From Terriglobia bacterium (GTDB taxonomy: Bacteria > Acidobacteriota > Terriglobia > 20CM-2-55-15): DNA of 64,000 nt. The notes beneath the pieces are model-generated. The model ran no database searches. It had not been told where the DNA came from and saw nothing but the letters and a program-made list of their open reading frames with translations. Shown one piece after another: positions 1 to 10,295 of the stretch. Location of the stretch: assembly GCA_965198225.1 (NCBI GenBank), contig CBDAOY010000006.1, positions 672,001 through 736,000 on the forward strand. Reading direction: 5' to 3'. Position 1 is the first letter of the stretch. Each line of letters starts with the position of its first letter. The translations under genes and the position numbers were made by a program.

Positions 1-2
1 CG

Positions 3-479
3 ATGGCAGAGAGACTGATCGGCAACTTGATTACGGGCGACCATCCACCGCCCGAAAAAGCCCGTCCGCTGAAGGATCAGCTGAAGGTGCCTGTCTCCAT
101 CGGTGCGGTTCTTCTCGTGATCGGTGGACTGCTCTGGGAGTTCGTCAACTACGGCGAAGAAACCCGTGTGCGGTCGTTCATGGAGGCGGTCGCAGATACC
201 CGGTATGAAGCCGCCTACAGCATGTGGGATAGTGACCAGCGCTACCAGATGGATGACTTCCTGCTCGATTGGGGCGAGGAAGGCTACTATGCAAGCGGCT
301 CGATGAACTTCGACGTCTGCGATTCCAACAGCAGCGGAACCGCCGTCATCGTCTACACGAGAATCGACGGTGGCCCGCCCGTGGCCATGATGGTCGACAA
401 GGAAACCGGCCTCCTCTCCTACTCTCCCGAAAACAAGTACCGCGGAGGCCGAATATCCCGTCTAGCAGGCTGTCTGTAG
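3..479 (+). CDS. hypothetical membrane-anchored protein (may be 5'-partial)
   Basis: 158-aa ORF with one hydrophobic segment (IGAVLLVIGGLLW); no recognisable family. Confidence 0.6.
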   Translation: MAERLIGNLITGDHPPPEKARPLKDQLKVPVSIGAVLLVIGGLLWEFVNYGEETRVRSFMEAVADTRYEAAYSMWDSDQRYQMDDFLLDWGEEGYYASGSMNFDVCDSNSSGTAVIVYTRIDGGPPVAMMVDKETGLLSYSPENKYRGGRISRLAGCL

Positions 480-516
480 CAGACCTTTCTGCTCAGCGCA
501 TACCTGAAACCGATCT

Positions 517-674
517 ATTGCAAATTGGTCAATGGACGAATCCGCATTGCAAGTTGGAGATTGGAAATTGCTCAATTGGTGATCGCTCGGAGCATCGAGC
601 GAAAAAATCTGAAATGAAGCAATTTCAAATGAGCAACCTGCAATGTGGATTGTTTAGATACCGCAATTTGCAAT
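517..674. repeat. AT-rich hairpin/MITE-like repeat, family A copy 1
   Basis: 11-bp terminal inverted repeat ATTGCAAATTG...CAATTTGCAAT with nested internal inverted repeats; related copies at 40080-40275, 49378-49528 and 49689-49839. Confidence 0.8.
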
Positions 675-722
675 TCGGATTTCAAAGACGAAGCGTCGGG
701 GAACGACGGATCTCCGATGGCG

Positions 723-1724
723 TCACTTCCCCACCAACTCACGATAAAACGCTTCGATCTTGGGAACCGTGTGCGATATGTCATATCGGTTTTGGACACG
801 TTCGAACGCTCTCTTTCGCAGTTCACTGCGAAGCGCTTCGTTGCCTGACAGTCGCCGGATCGCTGCCGCGAGCTCGGAGGGATTCCGCGGCGGAACCAGG
901 ATTCCCGCTTTCCCCCAATCCAGAATTTCTCGAGGGCCGCCTGCGTCGGTCGCGATGACGTTCACACCCGCAGCCATCGCCTCGACGACGACGATGCCGA
1001 AAGGCTCCTCCCACGAGGGAACGATCAGCATGTCCACCTGCTGGAGGAACTCCGCAGGCTTGACGAAACCGAGGAATTCCGCCGGCAGTTGCGCGGCCCG
1101 ACGTTTGAGAGAGTCGACGTAGGAACGCTCGCCGGAGCCACCGATCAAGAGCCGAAACTCCGACTCGAGAAGACGCAGCGCTTCGATCGCGTCGTCATGC
1201 CCCTTGTGGGGCGAGACCTGGCCGAGAAGTCCGACAACGACGGGATTTCGCACTGTCCGTTCTTCATAGTCCAGCTTGCTGCTGTCGACCCAATTCGGAA
1301 CGATGATGCTGGCACGTGGTTTGAGATGCTGGATGGAGTCGAGGATCTGCCCGGTAGTCACGATCCAGCCGTCCACCCTGGAATAGAAGGGATGCCTCCT
1401 GACCGCGAATATGAGCTGCCGCGTGAGAACCAGCCTGACAGAGCCCAGCCCCCACAGGGCCGCTGCGACGATCGAGTAATCGCGGGCGACGTGAGCGTGG
1501 ATGAGGTCGAACCCCGATCCCCGCACGATCCGCCGCAGCCGGAATGCTGTGTAGAGGTCGACAGAGTTCAGAAAGGGCAGATCGAAGTCGGTATCGAGGG
1601 GGCCGTTCCGGCGGCCCGCGATGGCCACGTCGTGACCCATTTCGCGGAGCTTTTCGGTGAGCTCGATGACATGGACTTCACCGCCGCCCAGGACCCGGGC
1701 CGAGCTAACCTGCAGGATGCGCAT
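723..1724 (-). CDS. glycosyltransferase family 4 (LPS/surface polysaccharide)
   Basis: MRILQV...GGGE N-terminus, IHAH, EPFGIVVVEAMAAG (EX7E) motif; start taken at ATG 1724. Confidence 0.9.
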   Translation of the reverse strand: MRILQVSSARVLGGGEVHVIELTEKLREMGHDVAIAGRRNGPLDTDFDLPFLNSVDLYTAFRLRRIVRGSGFDLIHAHVARDYSIVAAALWGLGSVRLVLTRQLIFAVRRHPFYSRVDGWIVTTGQILDSIQHLKPRASIIVPNWVDSSKLDYEERTVRNPVVVGLLGQVSPHKGHDDAIEALRLLESEFRLLIGGSGERSYVDSLKRRAAQLPAEFLGFVKPAEFLQQVDMLIVPSWEEPFGIVVVEAMAAGVNVIATDAGGPREILDWGKAGILVPPRNPSELAAAIRRLSGNEALRSELRKRAFERVQNRYDISHTVPKIEAFYRELVGK

Positions 1725-2706
1725 CGGCGTTGCCGAAATCGTCGAGCAGTTCCTCGCGGCTGACACTGGCTGTTCCCACCTTGCCGACCACCAGTCCGGC
1801 TGCATGATTGGCGAGCAGAGCCGCCTCATCCATGCTCGCCCCGCCAGCAGCGGCCATGGCCAGACAGGCGATCACGGTGTCTCCCGCCCCGGTCACGTCA
1901 AACACTTCGCGCGCCGCCGTCCGGAGGTGATGAACTTCATCTTTGCCGAACAGCGACATGCCGTCTTCACCTCGTGTGATGAGGATATAGGGGCAGCCGA
2001 AACGATCCAGCAGACGTTTTCCGGCTTCTTCAAGGCTCGCGCGATCCACGAGTGCAATACCCGTCAGAAGCTCCGCCTCCCGGTTGTTCGGTTTGATCAG
2101 TGTCGTCGGCCGGTAGTATTCGGCGTGATGGACTTTGGGGTCGAGAAACACCGGGACATCCGCCTTGCGGGCTTCGGGCAGGACGGATCCGAGCAACTCC
2201 GCCGTGACAACCCCCTTGTCATAGTCCGAGACCACGACCGCGTCCGCTTGCGGCAGCGTATCCATGAAGCGATCCCTCAGCGCGTCGTTCGTTTCAGTGG
2301 ACACAGCCGTGCAGTCTTCCCGGTCGGTGCGCACGACCTGCTGGCCGTGAGCGATGATGCGCGTCTTTAGCGTTGTTCGCCGATCGTCCGGCACGAGATG
2401 ACGGGAGTCGATTCCGAGTTCGTCGAGCAGGCTGATCAGGCGGTCGGCTGCCTGGTCTCGACCGATCACGCCGATCGTGATCGGCCGGCCGTCGAGTGAG
2501 CGAATGTTTGCGGCGGCATTGCCGCTACCTCCCAAACGGTCGGTTTCTTCGATCACCTCGACGACGGGCACTGGAGCCTCAGGAGAGATCCGTTGGACCC
2601 GACCCCAGGTAAACTGATCCAGGATGACGTCGCCGACGACCAGGACGGTCTTGCCGTCGAACCCTTCCATGATCTGCCCGATTCTTTGCCGATCGACCGG
2701 TGTCAT
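1705..2706 (-). CDS. rfaE1: D-glycero-beta-D-manno-heptose-7-phosphate kinase (HldE kinase domain, PfkB family)
   Basis: VVGDVILD...RISPEAPVPV, SDYDKG and DVTGAGDTV motifs. Confidence 0.93.
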   Translation of the reverse strand: MTPVDRQRIGQIMEGFDGKTVLVVGDVILDQFTWGRVQRISPEAPVPVVEVIEETDRLGGSGNAAANIRSLDGRPITIGVIGRDQAADRLISLLDELGIDSRHLVPDDRRTTLKTRIIAHGQQVVRTDREDCTAVSTETNDALRDRFMDTLPQADAVVVSDYDKGVVTAELLGSVLPEARKADVPVFLDPKVHHAEYYRPTTLIKPNNREAELLTGIALVDRASLEEAGKRLLDRFGCPYILITRGEDGMSLFGKDEVHHLRTAAREVFDVTGAGDTVIACLAMAAAGGASMDEAALLANHAAGLVVGKVGTASVSREELLDDFGNADAHPAG

Positions 2707-2714
2707 AGATCCCG

Positions 2715-3752
2715 TTAGACCGTCGCTGTCAGCCGTCTCTCAGCTCCGGTTTGCCACATCAGATCGTCGACCGCCTGCTCGGCCTGCTCGATCGAAATCG
2801 ACTCGATGCAGAGCGGGCTCTCTGCGACCAGACATTCGTAACCCGGGCACGGGTTGCATTCGAACGGGTTCTGGACAACTCGGTGCGGAACGCCCCAGGG
2901 ACGCCACCGAACCGAATCGGACGAACCCCAGAGGGCTACGGTGGGAGTACCCACCGCTGCTGCCAGATGCATGGGACCGGAGTCGTTACCGATGTAGAGT
3001 CCGGCTCCGCGGATCAACTCCGCCAGCTCCACGATCGAGAGACCTAACAAGATCACGCTGTTGGCCAGTTTCCTCGCAATGTCGCCGACGACGGACTCCT
3101 CGCCCGGCCCGCAGGTGAGGACGACACACCATCCACGGTAGGCAATCGTCCGACCCAACTCGGCGAAACCGTGGATGCTCCAGCGCTTCGTGTCCATCAA
3201 GGCGCCGGGATGAATTACGACGTAGGGTCGTCCGCGGAGGGCCTGGTGTACATGACTGTCCTTGTCCGGATGAGTCTCGTAGTACAGCGGCGGCGCGGTC
3301 TGGGCGCGCACACCGAGCCAGCGGAACCACTCCATTGTCGTTTCCACCGTATGCATCCGTGCTTTGGGCCGTGGCATCAACCCGCCGTACAGTCTCCGGT
3401 ATTGGTAGTCTTCGACGCCGATGCGGCTTCCCCAGGTGGCGAGGCAGTACACGAGGCTGGTCGGACCGCCGTGAAGGTTGATGATGGCGTTGAATCGGCG
3501 CAAGAACAGCCGGACGACCGTTGTGTATTTCTCTTTGCTGGTTGTCAAGATCTCCGAGACATCCCGGTTGCCGTCAAAGCAGTCGGCGAAACGGGGTTCG
3601 ACGAGGACGGAAATACGAAAGCCTGGGAATTCCTGTTTGAGCGCCCGGATCGGACCTGTCAACAGCAGGCAGTCGCCCATCGAGCGGAGTCGCACCAGCA
3701 GGATTCGGGCGTTAGATGGAAGCTTGTGGAAGAGGTCCTTGGTGGGCCGCAC
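2715..3752 (-). CDS. glycosyltransferase family 9 (LPS heptosyltransferase-like)
   Basis: ILLVRLRSMGD, HPGA...KRW and IGNDSGPMHLAAAVG motifs; adjacent to heptose kinase. Confidence 0.9.
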   Translation of the reverse strand: MRPTKDLFHKLPSNARILLVRLRSMGDCLLLTGPIRALKQEFPGFRISVLVEPRFADCFDGNRDVSEILTTSKEKYTTVVRLFLRRFNAIINLHGGPTSLVYCLATWGSRIGVEDYQYRRLYGGLMPRPKARMHTVETTMEWFRWLGVRAQTAPPLYYETHPDKDSHVHQALRGRPYVVIHPGALMDTKRWSIHGFAELGRTIAYRGWCVVLTCGPGEESVVGDIARKLANSVILLGLSIVELAELIRGAGLYIGNDSGPMHLAAAVGTPTVALWGSSDSVRWRPWGVPHRVVQNPFECNPCPGYECLVAESPLCIESISIEQAEQAVDDLMWQTGAERRLTATV

Positions 3753-3922
3753 TACTCCTCGATCGTTGCTTCGCTTACGAGCATCACCGGTATATCGTCA
3801 CGAATCGGGTAAACCCGGTTGCACTCGCTGCACTTCAAACCCTGGTCATCGTCGACCAGGGTCAGGGATGCCTTGCACAGTGGACATACCAGAATCTTCA
3901 GTAGCTCCGGATTCACTGCCAT
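3752..3922 (-). CDS. Trm112/YcaR-family small zinc-ribbon protein (56 aa, absent from the ORF track)
   Basis: Hand translation MAVNPELLKILVCPLCKASLTLVDDDQGLKCSECNRVYPIRDDIPVMLVSEATIEE; its stop overlaps the GT9 start. Confidence 0.9.
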   Translation of the reverse strand: MAVNPELLKILVCPLCKASLTLVDDDQGLKCSECNRVYPIRDDIPVMLVSEATIEE

Positions 3923-3979
3923 AACTCGTCGATGGTATCAGGGGAAGTAGTCAGTTGTCAGTAGTCAGTGGAGCCACCC

Positions 3980-4143
3980 AAGACTCCCCTCCTCAGATGA
4001 GGAGGGGTGGCGCGAAGCGCCGGGGTGGTGCTGATCAAGAAAATTCCGACAATCCTGGAGCAGCCAAGCAGGACCCATCAAACAAACCACCCCGTCTGCG
4101 CCTTCGGCGCATCCACCCCTCCTCAACCAAGGAGGGGAGTCTT
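3980..4143. repeat. palindromic intergenic repeat with 14-bp terminal inverted repeats
   Basis: AAGACTCCCCTCCT...AGGAGGGGAGTCTT, with internal CCCCTCCTCA..GAGGAGGGG hairpins at both ends. Confidence 0.7.
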
Positions 4144-4218
4144 AGGGTCCCGGGTTTAACTGACTACAGACGGCTGACTACTGCTAGCACGCCAAAGGGC
4201 GTGCTAGCATATCGCCCC

Positions 4219-5454
4219 ATGCCGAACGTGTCGCTCGCCTACGGTGATTCCGGCTTTTCCCTGCCTTTCGACTCAGATCACTTCAAGGTGATTGCGCCCG
4301 AAACTGAGTCCGCCCAATCCGTCGAAGAGCACCTGATCGATTCCCCCCCTCTATCGCAATGCGCGCGCGGGAAGCGTGTGCTCGTGATCGTGTCTGACCT
4401 GACCCGACCCACCGGGGCACGCGAGTTCCTGCCGGGCCTGTTGGCCCAACTCGATCGCGCTGCCAAGGTGCGTGTCCTCTTCGCGACCGGCCTGCATCGG
4501 CCTCTGAGCGACGAGGACAAGATGGCGATTGTGGGCAGCGACATCTTCGAATCGTACCCGATGCTCGATCATCACCCAGACGCCGGTAATGTCTACGTCG
4601 GAGACACGTCCCTGGGTAATCGGGTGGAGATCGATCGGCAGGTGTTGGAACACGAGTTCGTTGTTTTGACGGGGTCGATCGGGTTCCACTACTTTGCCGG
4701 CTTCTCGGGTGGCCGCAAGAGCCTGCTGCCGGGCGTGGCGTCGAAAGAGTCCATCCAGTTCAACCATCTGCTGGTGCTGAACCGGGAAGGTCCCGGACGC
4801 GATCCTGCCGTCGGCGTCGCGCGCCTCGACGGGAACCCTGTCCATGACGACATGGTCGAGGGAGCCGCACTGGCCGATCGGGAGCTGTTCCTCTACAACA
4901 CCATCCTGGATTCCGGGAAGGTGCGGAAGGCGTTCGCCGGACACTGGGTCGAGGCCCACCGGCGCGGTGCGGCCGACTACCTGGCCAACCACGGTGTGGA
5001 ACTCGAGCGGAAGCGGCAGCTGGCGATCGTCAGTTGCGGTGGATTCCCGCGGGACATCAACATGATCCAGGCCCACAAGGCACTCGAATTTGCCCAGTAT
5101 GCCGTCGAACCGGGCGGAACGATCGTATTGCTTGCCGAATGCAGGGAAGGTACGGGTCACCCGAGCTTCTATCCCTGGTTCAAGCACTCCGACCTCGAGG
5201 AGTTTGAGCGAACCTTGCGCGCGAACTACGAGGTGTACGGTCAGACGGCCTATTCTCTGCTGTCGAAAGCCCGGCGGTTTCGCGTCGTCTGCGTCTCGCA
5301 GCTTCCGGACGAAGAGATCCGCGCGATGGGCATGGAACCTGCTCCCAACCTGGATGATGCGATGTCGATGGTCGATCCTCACGTCCGGAGCGAACCCGGG
5401 TATGTCCTGCCGTTTGGCGCCGATGTGCTTCCCGTAACCGCCGGCGACCGATAA
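4219..5454 (+). CDS. nickel-pincer-dependent lactate racemase family protein (LarA homolog)
   Basis: SDLTRPT, ATGLHR, FHYFAGFSGGRKS and GGFPRDINMIQAHKAL motifs; start at ATG 4219. Confidence 0.88.
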   Translation: MPNVSLAYGDSGFSLPFDSDHFKVIAPETESAQSVEEHLIDSPPLSQCARGKRVLVIVSDLTRPTGAREFLPGLLAQLDRAAKVRVLFATGLHRPLSDEDKMAIVGSDIFESYPMLDHHPDAGNVYVGDTSLGNRVEIDRQVLEHEFVVLTGSIGFHYFAGFSGGRKSLLPGVASKESIQFNHLLVLNREGPGRDPAVGVARLDGNPVHDDMVEGAALADRELFLYNTILDSGKVRKAFAGHWVEAHRRGAADYLANHGVELERKRQLAIVSCGGFPRDINMIQAHKALEFAQYAVEPGGTIVLLAECREGTGHPSFYPWFKHSDLEEFERTLRANYEVYGQTAYSLLSKARRFRVVCVSQLPDEEIRAMGMEPAPNLDDAMSMVDPHVRSEPGYVLPFGADVLPVTAGDR

Positions 5455-5546
5455 CTTCCGCGACAGTTTTTACATCCCTACGATGACTCCCCTGTAAACT
5501 CTTGTTTCCGAATGGAGTCCAAAATGGAATGGGGAGGTATGCGCAC

Positions 5547-6075
5547 ATGCGAGCTGCCAGCGGCTTGGTCCTGATCATCCTTTTAAACCTACCGATTCAT
5601 GCGACCACGGTGAAGCGTCTCGATCTCGACGGATTGGTCGCGATCGCCGACACCATCGTCGTTGGAGAGGTCCGCCGTTCGGAGATCTATTGGAGTGTCG
5701 ACGGGAGATTGATACTCACACGCCACACGATTCAGGTGGACGAGACCCTGAAAGGCTTTCCCGCGGGCACGGTTGAGGTCACTACCGTTGGCGGCACTAT
5801 CGGTGACCGGACTCTGTACGTGGCCGGTATGCCGGCGTTTGCCGACCGGGAACGAACGATTCTGTTCCTCGAGGCGGCGGGTTCCTACCGAACCGTGCCG
5901 GAACCAAAGGCGCAACGGAACTGTCGGGCTGGGTCAGGGGAAGTTCTCGGTCGCCGACGGTGTTATCTCGAACGATGTCAGCGAACTCCAGTTTGCGGAC
6001 GGTGAGCGCGGGGTAGCCACGCGGATGCGGTTGAGCGAGTTCAAGGACGAGATCCGGCAACGAGTCAATCGCTAG
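5547..6075 (+). pseudogene. secreted hypothetical protein split by a 28-nt insertion
   Basis: Signal peptide plus GGTIGD...VAGMP.F...LFL; removing 5897-5924 joins the two frames to read YRTVGLGQGKF. Confidence 0.65.
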
Positions 6076-6085
6076 AGGGACGGAC

Positions 6086-9000
6086 TTGAAGAGATACTGC
6101 CAACTGTTCGGCGTGCTGGGCCTGCTTTTGTGGTCGCATCCCGGGGCCGGCCACACCCGAATCACGGGCCTAACCGGGGCGATGCCGCGATGGACGGTAT
6201 CTCCGATTCCTTATTCGATAAACGACCGTGGGCTGGCGGAAATCCCGAACGAAAGCGAACTCATCGCAATCCAGGCGGCGTTCGATGCCTGGGCGGCGGT
6301 CGCCAGCGCGGACGTTCAGTTTGATTTCCGCGGCGCGACCCCGGATCGCAGCGTCGGTCTGGACGGTACCAACCTGATCACGTTTGCAGACGACAGTGGC
6401 CTGTTGGGATCGGCGACGTTGGCCGCAACCTTCTCCTTCTTCAGACGGAGCGGAGGAGAGCTGGTTTTCGAAGAATCCGACATCGCTTTCAACCCGAACC
6501 ACGAGTTTACGACCAGCGGCGAGTCGGGGCGGTTCGACATTCAAAGCGTGGTGACCCATGAAGCCGGGCACCTGCTGGGTCTGGACCACTCCGGCCTGGT
6601 CTCATCGGTCATGGGGCCGTTTGCCGTTCCCAATCAGACACACCAGCGTGTGCTCATGTATGACGATGTCGCCGGTATTACTCAGATCTATCCCGCTTCG
6701 GGCGCGCAGGACGTCGGTACGATCGCGGGCCGGGTCCAGGTGAACGGCGTCGACATTTTCGGCGCGCATGTCGTTGCAATAGACAGCAACGGCACACCGC
6801 TCGTGGGGGTGGCTACCAATAGAGGCGGCTCCTACAGCATTCCGCTCCTTCCACCGGGTGACTACCGCGTTTACGCTGAACCGCTCGATCGACCGGTGTC
6901 GAGCGCACAGCTTCCGAGTTTCTTTGCCGGCGTCATGACGGGCTTCGGTACCACCTACTACGGCGACGTTCGGCACCTGAGTGAAGCCACCGCGGTGACG
7001 GTCGTCGCCGGGGAAGCGTCCGCGGGGATCGACATACGCGCTGTGCCGCGAAGCGCGAACTCCTTTAACCTGACGCGACCCGTGTTCGCCCGTCGAATCC
7101 CGCGCGGGACCACGGAGACCCTGCGTGTCGGCGGGAACAACGTCGTGTCGGGCGCGACCTTCGAACCTTCGAGTTCCGGGGTCTTCCTCGATCTTGTGAC
7201 CTTCGGTGGGCGTCTCTCCAGGACGGCTCCCACGAGCGCCTCGATCGAAGTCGGGGTGTCGACCGACACGCCCCTCGGGCCGAAGAACATCACCGGGTTC
7301 CTGGAGGATGCGACATCCATCGTGAGCGGGGCGGTCGTGATCACCGAACAGGCGCCGGATGGGATCGATGTCTCTCCGGTCACGGCCTCATTCGAAGGCG
7401 GCGGGATCGCGACTATCACGGGGAGTGGTTTCCGGGTTGGTGTTTCTGTTTTCTTCGGAGGACTTCCAGCCCCGGACGTTGTTTTCCTGAACTCCGGTAT
7501 GTTGCAGGTCGGGATTCCCGAAAACGCACCCGGGCCCGTCAACATTCAGGTATTCAACTCCGACGGCACCTCCGGACTTCTCCCGGATGGTTTCAGTTAC
7601 ACGGCTCCACCGCCGACGATCTCCCTCGCGACACCTCTCATGGGCCCGCCGTCGACGCTCGTGACGATCGAGGGGGAAAACTTCGACGTGCGTCCCCGAA
7701 ACATCGCTGTGAATTTCAACGGGCAGTCCGGACGGATCATCAGCACTACCCGAACGCGGATTGAAACAGTTGTGCCGTTCGGCGCCACGAGCGGAACGCT
7801 CTCCCTTTCGGTGTTCGGCGTTACGGTTGACGGTCCTCAGTTTACGGTTACGGAGTCGGGTACGAGCACCAACATCGCTCCGGCCGCATTTCAGTTCGTC
7901 GATGCGACTCCCGCCGGAGGCGGCACGAATATCGTTTTTACGAACGCGGACGACGCGGTGCGCTTCATGAACCTCCCGTTCACGTTCAGCCTGTTCCGGG
8001 ACACGTTCATCGCGGGGAGCCGCATTTCGATCGCCACGAACGGATGGTTGAGCCTGGATGCGGCGTCGACGCCGGAATTCCAGAATGCTTCTTTGCCCGC
8101 GCAGACCGTCGAACGGCCGAGTGGAGGCGATGGTGTGATTCCGGCCGCGCTCATTGCCCCATTCTTCGACGATCTGACGTTCGCAGGCGGGGGCAGGGTC
8201 AGTTCGCTCCTCACTGGAAGCGTGGGGAGTCGCCGGTTCGTCGTCCAGTGGTCGAACGCGTCCATCCTGGATTCGGTGGGGAACGATCTAGGGGCCGACA
8301 TGACCTTCGAATTGATCCTCTTTGAAGGAAGCAATGACATCCAGTTCGTGTATCAGTCCATGACGGGAGAGCGATCCGACGGGTCGAGTGCGACTATCGG
8401 ACTGCAGAATCTCCAGCGTAGCGACGCCGTACAGGCCGGCTTCAACCAGGCAATCGTCGGAAACGGTGTCGCCATCACGTATCGGTTTGGCGGAGGCACG
8501 TACATTGAAGACGTAGGCAATCAGACGACCCCGACGGCCCCGACAGTCTCGGACGGGGGGGAGCGGATTCCGAACCGCGGCGAGTTGTTCGCATCCTGGT
8601 CGACGGATCCCGAGGCCTCGATCCGGCATTACGAGTATACCATCGGGACGACGCCCGGTGGTGTGGATGTTCGGCCGTTTACCGTAACAGAGAACAACTC
8701 CGTCGTCGTAAACGGACTGGTTCTGGATGAAGCTCAGACTTACTACTTCGCCGTGAAGGCTACGAGCTTGTTTGGACTCGCCAGCGAGGTCGGTTTGTCG
8801 GACGGCATTCGAGTGGACGCTTCGTTTGAACCGACGGTGCATATTTTCCCCTCCGTGCCTCATGACGGCGGGACCTTCGGTGGAATTGCCCTCCAGGCGA
8901 CGGCTGCCACCGACGTCGTCTTGCGGGCTATAGACATCGATGGGGCGTTAGCGCTGGGTCCAGGCATCCAAAACCCTGCCACGGCTCGCCTGGGACCGGG

Positions 9001-10066
9001 CGAACAGTGGGCGCGTTTGATACCGGAGATCTTCGGTTCAGATTCCTTCACAGGATGGTTCGAACTGGAAGCGTCCGACACCGATCTGAGGACCTACATG
9101 GCCACAGGAAGGACCGGCCTGGTACGGTTTGACGGCGCAAGCTCGGCCAGCCCTTCGAAGGATTTTTTCCTTTTCCACGAAGGCGCAAATGCGATCCTGA
9201 TCAACCCCGGCGCGCAATCGGTCACCGCCACGATCACCCGGCTGGCAACGCGTACGAGCCAACCGTTAGAGATCCCTGCCCGCTCCCGGAGGACGACGCC
9301 GCTGACCGGACCTGTGCGGATTACTTCACCGGACTCGATCGCGGGGGTCGAACACTTCGGTGCCGATGAAGACCTGGGGATAGGAGACGCGGTTCCGGCC
9401 CTGGGGCGGTGTGCGACCGGACTCGATCGCGGGGGTCGAACACTTGACGTGGGGCGGTCGACCCTGACGTTCCCTCATGCGGTCGTGGGTGGCGGGTATA
9501 CGTCGTGGATCGACTTGGCGAACCTGGCGGCGCATCCACTAACCGTTCAGGTGAGCTTCGCCGGATCGAGTAAGACCCTGCAGCTTGCCGGCGGGAACTC
9601 TACCCGTCTTTCCCTTGCGTCGTTCCTGGGTATCGCGGACGGCCAGATTCGGACCGACGCGGTGCGTATCGCGGCGAGTTCCTTTTTTGGTTCGTCAGCG
9701 CTCGTCGGCGTCATCGACATCGAGAGTGCCGGTTCGGTGGTCACGCTTGGGCCGGTCGAAGCGGCGACGGACATCCTGTTCCCGCACGTCGCTCAAGGCA
9801 ATGGGTTCTTTACCGGGATCGCGCTGGCTGCGGGGACCTCAGAAACGACGGTTACGGTCGAAGTGTTTCCGGCATCCGGAGCAACGCCGAAGACGGGAAC
9901 CGTCGTGGTGCCGGCGAGCGGCCAGATCGCCCGGCTCGTCAGCGAGCTCGTCCCCGAAGTAACCGAACAGAGCGGCGGCTACATCCGGTTGACCGCAGAC
10001 CAACCCGTTTGGGCCTGGGAGATTTATGGCACCGCATCCGCCATGGCGTCAGGCCCCCCGTTGTGA
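6086..10066 (+). CDS. secreted matrixin (M10)-type metalloprotease with carboxypeptidase-regulatory-like, IPT/TIG and FN3-like domains
   Basis: HEAGHLLGLDH zinc motif with Met-turn SVM; repeated IPT-like segments (ITGSGF, IEGENF). Confidence 0.8.
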   Translation: MKRYCQLFGVLGLLLWSHPGAGHTRITGLTGAMPRWTVSPIPYSINDRGLAEIPNESELIAIQAAFDAWAAVASADVQFDFRGATPDRSVGLDGTNLITFADDSGLLGSATLAATFSFFRRSGGELVFEESDIAFNPNHEFTTSGESGRFDIQSVVTHEAGHLLGLDHSGLVSSVMGPFAVPNQTHQRVLMYDDVAGITQIYPASGAQDVGTIAGRVQVNGVDIFGAHVVAIDSNGTPLVGVATNRGGSYSIPLLPPGDYRVYAEPLDRPVSSAQLPSFFAGVMTGFGTTYYGDVRHLSEATAVTVVAGEASAGIDIRAVPRSANSFNLTRPVFARRIPRGTTETLRVGGNNVVSGATFEPSSSGVFLDLVTFGGRLSRTAPTSASIEVGVSTDTPLGPKNITGFLEDATSIVSGAVVITEQAPDGIDVSPVTASFEGGGIATITGSGFRVGVSVFFGGLPAPDVVFLNSGMLQVGIPENAPGPVNIQVFNSDGTSGLLPDGFSYTAPPPTISLATPLMGPPSTLVTIEGENFDVRPRNIAVNFNGQSGRIISTTRTRIETVVPFGATSGTLSLSVFGVTVDGPQFTVTESGTSTNIAPAAFQFVDATPAGGGTNIVFTNADDAVRFMNLPFTFSLFRDTFIAGSRISIATNGWLSLDAASTPEFQNASLPAQTVERPSGGDGVIPAALIAPFFDDLTFAGGGRVSSLLTGSVGSRRFVVQWSNASILDSVGNDLGADMTFELILFEGSNDIQFVYQSMTGERSDGSSATIGLQNLQRSDAVQAGFNQAIVGNGVAITYRFGGGTYIEDVGNQTTPTAPTVSDGGERIPNRGELFASWSTDPEASIRHYEYTIGTTPGGVDVRPFTVTENNSVVVNGLVLDEAQTYYFAVKATSLFGLASEVGLSDGIRVDASFEPTVHIFPSVPHDGGTFGGIALQATAATDVVLRAIDIDGALALGPGIQNPATARLGPGEQWARLIPEIFGSDSFTGWFELEASDTDLRTYMATGRTGLVRFDGASSASPSKDFFLFHEGANAILINPGAQSVTATITRLATRTSQPLEIPARSRRTTPLTGPVRITSPDSIAGVEHFGADEDLGIGDAVPALGRCATGLDRGGRTLDVGRSTLTFPHAVVGGGYTSWIDLANLAAHPLTVQVSFAGSSKTLQLAGGNSTRLSLASFLGIADGQIRTDAVRIAASSFFGSSALVGVIDIESAGSVVTLGPVEAATDILFPHVAQGNGFFTGIALAAGTSETTVTVEVFPASGATPKTGTVVVPASGQIARLVSELVPEVTEQSGGYIRLTADQPVWAWEIYGTASAMASGPPL

Positions 10067-10295
10067 GCGCCGCTGCGCGGCGCCGTAGGCCGTTGTCCGT
10101 TGTGGGGTCGCTTACGGAAGTTTCGTGGTGACTGGCGAGAAATGTTTTCGTAGGCCGTCGATCGCGGAACTGGGAAAGACTCCCCTCCTCATCGTGTGAG
10201 GAGAGAGTTTGGGTGTCGCGTTGCCTGTTCACAACCGGCCGCGGAGCGGCCCAACGGCCTACGGATAACGGCCTACGGGCTCCCGTCCGGGCGGC

